Source: Alkalispirochaeta sp. | GTDB lineage: Bacteria; Spirochaetota; Spirochaetia; DSM-27196; Alkalispirochaetaceae | Assembly: GCA_965242725.1 (NCBI GenBank) | Contig: CBDESZ010000005.1 | Location: forward strand, 91,577-155,576 | Direction of reading: 5' to 3' | DNA: 64,000 nt | In this document: positions 43,428 through 50,857 of the stretch, piece after piece | How the letters are laid out: every line of letters begins with the position of its first letter | How positions within the stretch are numbered: position 1 is the stretch's first letter | Notes under the pieces: generated by a model | Told to the model about the DNA's origin: nothing | The model's database searches: none | The model's input: only the letters and a program-made list of their open reading frames with translations | Program-made: the position numbers and the translations under genes

Positions 43428-43734
43428 TCCGTACTCCCTCACAATGATGTTACCCACCAGTTTGCCGGGAGTGCCCGTATTGATCGAGGATCTCTTCTGT
43501 CAGGCTGAATCGATTCCGGCGCTCCGGAAAAACTGTCCGTTTTCCGCCGGAATCGGTGTCCGGATTACGCCGGAATCACTGTCCGCTTTCCACCGGAATA
43601 CGTGTCCGTTTTGGGCCGGTGTACACAAGGGAACGGCAGCCGGGTATTAGTCCGCTCAGCCCGGGAAATCTGTCCTCCTCGGGGGCCCTGAAGAGAACCG
43701 AACTTCCGCCAAAACGGACTTTTTCTACAGGCAA

Positions 43735-43886
43735 AACGTGGAGCTCAGCTGCCGGCTGCGGCCTGAGCGAAGCGAAGGATTGGCGCGTTAATTGCGGTCA
43801 GAAGATGGATCGTATTGATTTAAATTATTTCCTTAAAAGCAATTAACGTGCCAAAGCAACGGTCTGCTGGAGCGATCATGTTATGA
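43735..43886 (-). repeat. attC (~155 bp, AT-rich apex); its core (39358-39364) is separated by IS1182
   Basis: CGTTAATTGC/GCAATTAACG stem; GTTATGAAGCCA complements the core at 44851-44862. Confidence 0.85.
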
Positions 43887-43991
43887 AGCCAAGTCAACTT
43901 CATGAATCGTTTACTCAGGGCGACGGCGCATCCTTGACTTGAACTCGAAATCAGCTTTTCAACAATCCAACATTCTGAATTTGGCGACGCC

Positions 43992-44804
43992 CTATTCAGA
44001 CAAGAGTTCGTAGCGATCTCTTTCGTTGTCGGCAAGGCGTTCGTACTCCCTTCGATCAATTGCGATAATTTCCTTTGAGGACAGCCCCCTAATCGCGGCC
44101 TTTACCATTACGAAGTCCTCGCTGAATGACCTAAGCACAGTTTCGGGGTCAAAGCCCTTGCGTGCAAACGCAAATCCCAATCCGGGAAGATTCTGCAACC
44201 GTGAAGCGAGGTTGATGCACGGTCCGACGTAATCATCCCCTGATCCAATCGAGTAAACATTACCTTTTGCAATACCGCATCTAAGCATTTCTGGTGGATC
44301 AGGGTATTTTTTCGACACTTTAGGAAGGAAGCTATCTTCATACTCAAAGCAGATATTGCTCATCGACATGATTATGTTGTGTTGGGCTTCTCTTTTTACG
44401 CCAGCGACATTCCAAAGAACAAGAATCCCGTCGCCGAGGAATTTTGTATAAAACGGCAAACTGTGATATAGACGGTAGCCATCGTCGTCTTCTTTCATGA
44501 TTGTTTCTGTCCGAATAGAATCAAACAGCCAGCTTAAGAATTCTGCAAGAAAGGAATTGACAAATAGTTCAGGTTCAGTTTGCGAACAAAAATGCGTAAA
44601 TCCTTTTAGGTCGAAAATCGCGCAGATCGCTTTGGTTATGTCCGATTCGACATTAAGGTTCCCGAGTCTCAACAGGCCGACGTCGAACGAATCGATTTTT
44701 TGTTTGTCAAAGACGCGAACCCTCTTCCCGTTACGACTAACGAGTCTTGAATCCTTCTTGGACGCAACGTATCGCAAAACGCCTCCTTTCGTACTCCCGG
44801 CCAT
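43992..44804 (-). CDS. Stand-alone class III nucleotide cyclase-domain protein
   Basis: IFDLKGFT, KFLGDGIL, LRCGIAKG, DYVGPCINLASRLQ. Confidence 0.85.
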   Translation of the reverse strand: MAGSTKGGVLRYVASKKDSRLVSRNGKRVRVFDKQKIDSFDVGLLRLGNLNVESDITKAICAIFDLKGFTHFCSQTEPELFVNSFLAEFLSWLFDSIRTETIMKEDDDGYRLYHSLPFYTKFLGDGILVLWNVAGVKREAQHNIIMSMSNICFEYEDSFLPKVSKKYPDPPEMLRCGIAKGNVYSIGSGDDYVGPCINLASRLQNLPGLGFAFARKGFDPETVLRSFSEDFVMVKAAIRGLSSKEIIAIDRREYERLADNERDRYELLSE

Positions 44805-44855
44805 TGTATCATGTGGTGTTCCGTTGACTAGACTTCTTATAACGTAACTCTGGCT

Positions 44856-44965
44856 TCATAACGCAAAGGTGACCTGCGTGGCGTGATTGGCGTGGCCGTT
44901 GCCGGCGGAGCCGATTCGCAACGGCCATGACAATGGCCACGACAGGTCAACCGGTCTTGTTACAC
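44856..44965 (-). repeat. attC (110 bp) of non-coding cassette A
   Basis: L boxes GGT[T]GACC/GGTCACC; near-identical to 47040-47141. Confidence 0.88.
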
Positions 44966-45205
44966 TGCGATCGACACAGTTTTCGGAGTATCGCCATGCG
45001 GATATCTGGCACCAGGTTCTCGCCCGCGAATGTCTCGATTTGCTCGAAGGGCAAATCGAGCGTACGTGGGCGCGGAGCAGAAAAGGCACCGACAACAACG
45101 GGGTTGCCCCGGATTCCTTCCCGATTTTCGATTTAAAAAAATTGATCCGATCGGATGGTTTGTCCCTCACGTCCTACCAACGGAGCCGGTCATTTGCAGT
45201 GTAAC
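44959..45205. other. ORF-less structured gene cassette, copy A
   Basis: Bounded by GTTACACTGC/GCAGTGTAAC; paralog at 48752-49001. Confidence 0.85.
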
Positions 45206-45317
45206 GTTGGCTTGAGCTGCTGGCTGCGACCCGACCGAAGGGAGGGACTGGCGCGGTTCTTGCCGAAGAGCAAGAACCGTGACAGAAGCAACAGACTGCT
45301 CGAAGCCGTTGTTATGC
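45199..45317 (-). repeat. attC (119 bp)
   Basis: GCATAAC-N5-CTT[C]GAGC...GCTCAAG-N5-GTTACAC, with the canonical extrahelical base, 2 nt after the DUF262 stop. Confidence 0.92.
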
Positions 45318-45319
45318 AG

Positions 45320-46981
45320 TCAGCGATTCACAACGTCCTTGCAGATCGAGACAATGGCTGCTGTGCGCTGTGCCAGAAAATCGTCGTAGTTATCGTAAGA
45401 CAGGTTTTCAGGATGATCAGAATAGTGATCAACGAGGAGATGTTTTTTTATCTTGATTCCGGCATCCCTCAACTCTGCGAAATGGTTGGCGGGATCCTGA
45501 GCCCGTTTTCGAAGGTTCTCGGTTGCACCACAAAATCTGTAGTTGCCGATGTGGTTGATTCGGCTGGTTGGCAAATTTCTCAACTTGCTCTTCGGAAATA
45601 TATGGTCAATGTGTGGTTCGTTTCCTTTGTACCGAACGTGGAACGGACTACTTCCGTGCTGTTCGACATATATCAGGTTTAGGACGATAAAGCGCAACCG
45701 CATGTCAATAGAATCGCCGGTCAGTTCTACCTGTCTGTTCTGCCGCCGAAAATATGACTTTATCTCAGCAAGTGGGAAATCGCTAGGCGCACTCTTTTGC
45801 TGGATCTGAGCGCACGTGTTAAGCACTTGGTCTGTTCGAGCCGAAAACCAATTGAACATTTGAGAACCGTAGTAGTACGCCTTCAACAACGGGTAGGCTG
45901 TGACTGGTGGAGAAGGTGACCCGTAGAAATAGTTGAACACCGGAATCAGGGCGTTGTAAGAGCGCACGACCTTGTCAGAGTACAGTTGAAGCTGGTTCTT
46001 CAAAAAATCTGATAACTGCAGAAACGCGCGTTCTAATTTATTCCAATTGTCCTGAATCTTGGCCAACACCTGGGCGCCTGCGTTTGAAGCCAGATACTTG
46101 GGCGACAATACTGCTGATTCACCAACAGCAACCATAATCGCTTTCAATGCGAAAGTCTTATCGAAAAGTAAGCGCCCGTCGCTGTTGAGATCAGCCACCA
46201 CGTTTTCGATGTTTTCTTCGACCGGCGTCCACGCCTCCTTCATGACCGCAAACAGCAAATCCGATGGTTCGAGTTTCGTACCTCCGGAATTCACTCGCAC
46301 GAAAATGTTCAAAATGTTTTTGTAATCATATTCTTCGGACGCGGTGCCATCGAGTTCATCAACCCACAGGTACGTGTCTTCACGCAGTATTGATGCAAGT
46401 TGTGCCACATTTCTTCGAACTAAACGTTGGCGTTGCCGTCGAGCATCTGACGATTCCTCGAGAGAATCATCCAACTGGTCATTAATCTCATCGGAAATAT
46501 CATTGGCGTTTTTCTTGTTGGCGTAGAGTGAACTAATCGCGAACCATGGGAAGTCAAGCTGGTCGTTACTCAATTCAAAACGATACGAGATCCCGTCTTC
46601 AATCTCTTCGTCGCCTGACAGAAGATCGATGAACAGTCGCTTGTCACCGAAAGTTCCATCATATGCGAAGAAGAGGGATTGAAGACGTTGTTGACCATCA
46701 AGTACAAGGACTTTGGTCCTACCCTCTTGGCTCACCGTCGAATCGTAGTAGTCTCGGAGCACCGGATCCTCTTCGTAGTTGTCCATGAACCTCCGACATT
46801 GGATTTCGTCATCGGTTTTCCAAAATAGGAGCGTCTGAAACGGGTAGTTCTTCATCAAAGTGTCAAAGAACCTGACCACTTGCTGAAAATCCCACACGAA
46901 CGGACGTTGAATATGCGGTAGGTACAACTGTCGGTTCCGAGACTGAAGAAGACTGTTCAGAGATATTGGTTTATAGGCCAT
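45320..46981 (-). CDS. DUF262 + HNH (DUF1524-like) protein, GmrSD-like
   Basis: QRPFVW, LDGQQRL, FVRVNSGG; C-terminal HIDHIFPKS...IGNY...EN. Confidence 0.88.
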   Translation of the reverse strand: MAYKPISLNSLLQSRNRQLYLPHIQRPFVWDFQQVVRFFDTLMKNYPFQTLLFWKTDDEIQCRRFMDNYEEDPVLRDYYDSTVSQEGRTKVLVLDGQQRLQSLFFAYDGTFGDKRLFIDLLSGDEEIEDGISYRFELSNDQLDFPWFAISSLYANKKNANDISDEINDQLDDSLEESSDARRQRQRLVRRNVAQLASILREDTYLWVDELDGTASEEYDYKNILNIFVRVNSGGTKLEPSDLLFAVMKEAWTPVEENIENVVADLNSDGRLLFDKTFALKAIMVAVGESAVLSPKYLASNAGAQVLAKIQDNWNKLERAFLQLSDFLKNQLQLYSDKVVRSYNALIPVFNYFYGSPSPPVTAYPLLKAYYYGSQMFNWFSARTDQVLNTCAQIQQKSAPSDFPLAEIKSYFRRQNRQVELTGDSIDMRLRFIVLNLIYVEQHGSSPFHVRYKGNEPHIDHIFPKSKLRNLPTSRINHIGNYRFCGATENLRKRAQDPANHFAELRDAGIKIKKHLLVDHYSDHPENLSYDNYDDFLAQRTAAIVSICKDVVNR

Positions 46982-47039
46982 TGTTTTACCCCAATCTAAT
47001 CATATCACAGGTTTGTTGGAGTTCGAGTCGAAATTGACT

Positions 47040-47141
47040 GCATAACGCAGAGGTGACCTGCGTGGCGTGATTGGCGTGGCCGTTGCCGGCGCAGCCGATA
47101 GCAACGGCCATGACAATAGCCACGACAGGTCAACTGTCTTG
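47040..47141 (-). repeat. attC of non-coding cassette B, split by IS110 (remainder 48752-48758)
   Basis: Removing the IS restores ...CAACTGTCTTGTTACAC, matching attC 44856-44965. Confidence 0.88.
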
Positions 47142-47217
47142 ATACTCATTAAGGCCTCCCCTGGGAGGTGCGGTAAACTACCGCTATACCCAATCCCTTC
47201 CCGAAGGAGGAGACCTA

Positions 47218-48318
47218 ATGAGGTTCTATAACGAACAGCACGAATTCTACGTTGGTATCGACCATGGTTGCGTTCCTCGGCTCCGCCTGCGGTACGCAAC
47301 CTAAGCAAGAGAGATGTTCGCCTGCGTCCTCAATCGTGATGGCTACGTTCTTCTTCATCGAAACATGAAAGCCGATCGCGATCACCTTGATCGGCTGGTA
47401 CGACGCTTTCCCGGTGACATAGTGATCGCGGTGGAATGCATCTTCACCTGGTATTGGATTGCAGACTTCTGCGATGAACGGGATATCCCATTTGTCTTGG
47501 GGCACGCGCTCTACATGAAAGCCATCCACGGCGGGAAGTCCAAGAACGATAAGATCGATTCACATAAGATCGCAACGATGCTGCGGGCCGGGATGCTTCC
47601 GGAAGCGTATGTGTATCCTCGGGAAATGCGTGCAACACGAGATCTCCTTCGGCGACGCGAATACTTCATGCACCAACAGTCGGAACTTCTGACCCATGTG
47701 AAGAACACCAACACCCAGTACAATTATCCCGCTTTCCAAAAACGAATAGCGGCGACGGCGAATCGACAAGGATTAGAGGAGCGATTCGAAGAACCAAGCG
47801 CCCGAAAAAGCATCGAAGCTGACCTTCATCTCCTGGACGTCTATCACCGCGTTCTACTCGACCTGGAAGCAGAGATAAAACGGCAGGCGAAGCACCACGA
47901 TCCGGTCGCATTTCACCTCCTCCAGACGATCCCCGGGGTTGGTCCAATTCTCTCGCTGGTCATTCTTTATGAGATCCATGACATCAATCGCTTTCCAAAG
48001 GTCGGAAACTTCATCTCCTACGCCCGCCTGGTCAAATGTGCTCACGAGTCCGCCGGGAAACGATCGGGAAGTGGCAATAACAAAATCGGAAATGCGCATC
48101 TGAAATGGGCATTCAGCGAAGCGGCAGTCATTTTCCTCCGTGATCAGGAGGATGCGAAACGTCTACAGCAACGACTCATCCAGAAGTACGGAAAGGCCAA
48201 GGCACTTTCGATCATCGCTCAGAAACTCGGAAGAACTGTCTATTTTATGTTGAAGAGAAAGGAGCCTTTTGTAGCGAAGCGATTCTTTGGAGACGGCGTG
48301 CAGGAGCCGGCAGCATAA
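47218..48318 (+). pseudogene. IS110-family DEDD transposase interrupted by a ~36-bp hairpin insertion with an adjacent in-frame TAA (47302-47304)
   Basis: GGAGG RBS, MRFYNEQHEFYVGID...AREMFAC; VEC, KNDKIDS, IPGVG, ESAGK, GNAHLKWAF. Confidence 0.88.
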
Positions 48319-48455
48319 CTGGACCACCACGCGACGGGTTGTCTTTCGATGAGGACCTTCTATGCAGCACGATTGCCAACTCCCCATCATGCCCACCAGT
48401 CGCGAGTCCCTAGCGTTTTGATTAGACCTGTACGTCGGTCTCCTCTTTTGCAAAT

Positions 48456-48680
48456 ACGAGTGATGCGGGATATTTCCCGCGGTTTGTCCCGCTCCGACCT
48501 GCCCAAGTAACTGCGACCATATGGATCGCGTCCTTTGAATCAGGCGGATGTCGGGTACCGAGAGAATTCTACGGCACGCAGCAGGTGTGACCGTCGATAC
48601 GTGTTTGGTGCAGACCGCTTGTCAGCACCCGGACCTCAGAATTGCGAATCAAGCGGCGTGATATCTCCGGCATCACTCGT
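48456..48680 (+). ncRNA. Candidate bridge/seek RNA in the IS110 3' non-coding region
   Basis: ACGAGTGATGC (48456) pairs with GCATCACTCGT (48670) and encloses two stem-loops with internal loops. Confidence 0.55.
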
Positions 48681-48751
48681 TCGGATATTGGAAACGGCTA
48701 TCGCCGGGTCCGGCTACCACTTTGTCATTGACAGCAGGAGGCCTAATACGT

Positions 48752-49001
48752 GTTACACTGCGATCGATACAGATTTCGGAGGTTCGCCAGCCGGACAACT
48801 GGCACCATGTTCTCGCCCACGAATGTCTCGATTTGCTCGAAGGGCAAATCGAGCGTACGTGGGCGCGGAGCTGAATAGGCACTGACAACAACGGGGTAAC
48901 CCCGGATTCCTTCTCCATTTTCGATTAAAAAATAAAATTGACCTGATCGGTTGGTTTGTCCCTCACGTCCTCCCAACGGAGCCGGTCATTTGCAGTGTAA
49001 C
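48752..49001. other. ORF-less structured gene cassette, copy B
   Basis: Diverged paralog of 44959-45205. Confidence 0.85.
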
Positions 49002-49120
49002 GAAAAGGTTACGTGCTGGCTGCGGCCCGAGCGATAGCGAGGGATTGGCGCGATTGTTGCCGGCGAGAGCCGAGCAACAATCGTGACAAAGCAACAGACA
49101 CGTGAACCGTCGTGTTATGT
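48995..49120 (-). repeat. attC (126 bp)
   Basis: ACATAAC...GGTT[C]ACG / CGTAACC...GTTACAC; 13-bp complementarity to the core at 49936-49948. Confidence 0.9.
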
Positions 49121-49121
49121 C

Positions 49122-49418
49122 TCACGTATTCCCACGACGTATATGTACTTCGGTTACCGCTCCTAACGCGTGAGCCACTCGCTTCAAAAACGCCAAAGAT
49201 AGATTCCGATAATTACCCGATTCGAGCCGGGCGATCGCCGGTTGTGACGTTCCGACCCGAGACGCCAATTCCTTCTGGGTCAAGTTTGCCATCTTTCTGA
49301 GGGCGATAACTTCTTTCGCGACCTCAAATTCTTCGGATGTTTCGTCATATTCTCGTCGGAACGTATCGTCGCGAAGTTCTTCCTCCAGGAGGTCATCATA
49401 TCTTTTCGATTCCATCAT
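49122..49418 (-). CDS. HigA-like HTH antitoxin
   Basis: LTQKELASRVGTSQPAIARLESG. Confidence 0.9.
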   Translation of the reverse strand: MMESKRYDDLLEEELRDDTFRREYDETSEEFEVAKEVIALRKMANLTQKELASRVGTSQPAIARLESGNYRNLSLAFLKRVAHALGAVTEVHIRRGNT

Positions 49419-49747
49419 TATTTCTCCTCCAAATACTGCGTCTTGATCCTCAGTGCCCGTTCAATTTCTCGACGATCCGTTTTATCCGATTTTTTGACGA
49501 ATCCTGATGTCACGACGAATACGCGTTCGCCCTCGAAGAAATAGACCGATCGGCAAATATTCGATCCAAGTCGAACCCGCAATTGACTCAGATCCGATCC
49601 AACCAGTTTTCGTGAATGGGGCAGCGGCAATTCGGGTCCAAACTGTTTCAGTAATTCGATTGATCGAAACGCTTTCGCCCGCATCTTCGCGTCGAGGGAA
49701 CGCAGAAAAACGATTGCCGGTTCCAGCAGAAGAACGTCCCATTCCAT
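49418..49747 (-). CDS. HigB/RelE (Gp49-like) toxin
   Basis: LPLPHSRKL...LRVRLGSNICR...SGFVKKSDKTDRREIERA. Confidence 0.9.
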   Translation of the reverse strand: MEWDVLLLEPAIVFLRSLDAKMRAKAFRSIELLKQFGPELPLPHSRKLVGSDLSQLRVRLGSNICRSVYFFEGERVFVVTSGFVKKSDKTDRREIERALRIKTQYLEEK

Positions 49748-49752
49748 AAGGA

Positions 49753-49794
49753 ATTATATCACAATTGATATAGAGAAGATATCAATATTGTGAT
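49753..49794 (-). promoter_or_regulatory. TA promoter/operator
   Basis: TGn-TATAAT 5 nt before ATG; inverted repeats TATATCA/TGATATA and ATCACAAT/ATTGTGAT. Confidence 0.6.
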
Positions 49795-49941
49795 TTCTGC
49801 ATTGGTTACATTTTCGACCTCGTTGATCGGTAGTTTTTGAACCTCGGGGAGCTCGGTAATGCGATCATCAATTCTGGGCAGCCACCGCATTTCAGATCGT
49901 GATTGAAGCATTTACGGGTAGGGTTACCGTGTTTCCGTGAG

Positions 49942-50045
49942 ACATAACGCCGCCGCTCACCTGCGGCACTCCCGGCCACGTTACACCCGCACGGGGGCGC
50001 CCGCGAGTACGACCCGGTGCTGCCAGGTGCAGCGGCCTGTTAGCC
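49942..50045 (-). repeat. attC (104 bp)
   Basis: GGCTAAC-N5-GCT[G]CACC...GGTGAGC-N6-GTTATGT; GNAT stop lies in the inverse core. Confidence 0.9.
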
Positions 50046-50555
50046 GGCCCGTTCTATTCCCGGTTCCCCGTCCCCGATTCGGAGTGCAAAGTAAACATCT
50101 CCGTTCGCATGGTGGGTAACCGTGAAGCCGTTCGCGAGATAGAATCGGATCACGTCATCCCATGTTTCGGTTGTCTCGAGCACGACTATACGTACCCCCA
50201 GGCACTCCGCGCGGCGAAGGAGCTCGCGCAAGATCAGTCGTCCCACCCCCCGGCGTCTGCGATTCGCCGCAACTGACATCCGGACGATCTCAGCGACCCC
50301 CTTCCTGTGCCCAGTCGTCTTCAGTGCACCAGTCCCAATGATTCGGTCGCTTTCCAGGGCGACGAGGAATGTCGCATCTGCGTAACTCGTGCAAATCTCC
50401 TCCAGGTCCGGATTCTTGGACGTATCCCTGTAGCCCCAGTGCTCTTCTAAGCCGGTGAGAATCAACGCGCGCGCCTCAGCCTGGTCGGACGGTTCTATGG
50501 TCCTGAGACGAATGGTCTCCGACGTAATAACGTGCTTGTCGTGTCCTGCTAACAT
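50040..50555 (-). CDS. GNAT family N-acetyltransferase (first cassette)
   Basis: RMSVAANRRRRGVG motif A, IRFYLANGF. Confidence 0.9.
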   Translation of the reverse strand: MLAGHDKHVITSETIRLRTIEPSDQAEARALILTGLEEHWGYRDTSKNPDLEEICTSYADATFLVALESDRIIGTGALKTTGHRKGVAEIVRMSVAANRRRRGVGRLILRELLRRAECLGVRIVVLETTETWDDVIRFYLANGFTVTHHANGDVYFALRIGDGEPGIERAG

Positions 50556-50692
50556 CCTCTACTCCCGACTATTGCACGATCGCCGCGTCGCAAGTACGCC
50601 GCTGCACCAAAGTTATACCTATAAGCGCAACGCCCTTTTTCCTGCTTGGCAACGGTGAAAACATTATAACACCGCATCGGGGGGACGTGACG
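50547..50692 (-). promoter_or_regulatory. Putative attI-like site with a Pc-like extended -10 promoter
   Basis: Core GTTAGCA (50553-50547) has no attC arm upstream; TGT-TATAAT at 50671-50663 points into the array. Confidence 0.45.
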
Positions 50693-50857
50693 GCGGAGGA
50701 TAATCTTTCTTTTTCGGTCGTAGGTGGAATGAGACGGAAGAATTCGCCGCCGTATAAATCCGAAACAACTACACCACAAGACGCCCGTATTGGACATGTC
50801 CCCCATTTGCGGTTCGCGCAGGCAAGGGCGACAGGGACCGGCCGACTCTCCTGCCTC

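Larger units (their letters stand above)
41025..43627 (-). mobile_element. IS21-family element #2 (nested in the IS1182 3' end)
   Basis: Ends TGTGTACTCCGG / CCGGTGTACACA, 4-bp TSD AGGG, internal CGGACAG/CTGTCCG repeats. Confidence 0.9.
39365..43734 (+). mobile_element. IS1182-family element inserted at an attC core, carrying nested IS21 #2
   Basis: IRs CTGTAGAAAAAGT / ACTTTTTCTACAG; AAC(G) duplicated on both sides. Confidence 0.85.
47142..48752 (+). mobile_element. IS110/IS1111-type element inserted in attC
   Basis: TG core on both sides; subterminal IRs AGGCCTCC/GGAGGCCT; ~430-bp 3' non-coding end; end-joining creates TTGACA-N18-GATACT. Confidence 0.88.
27097..50553 (-). mobile_element. 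Integron-type gene cassette array without integrase in the window (CALIN-like), ~12 cassettes
   Basis: Regularly spaced attC sites, often directly after stop codons; mostly 10-14 bp complementarity between each cassette's 5' GTT core and 3' inverse core; no tyrosine recombinase ORF. Confidence 0.9.

Noticed and set aside
45007..45023. TGGCAC sigma-54-like motif in the non-coding cassette
   Set aside because: No GC at the -12 position with correct spacing
44856..45215. ORFs of 61-105 aa across non-coding cassette A (and 48535-48976 for B)
   Set aside because: The long frames are not conserved between the two copies, and several run through attC sites
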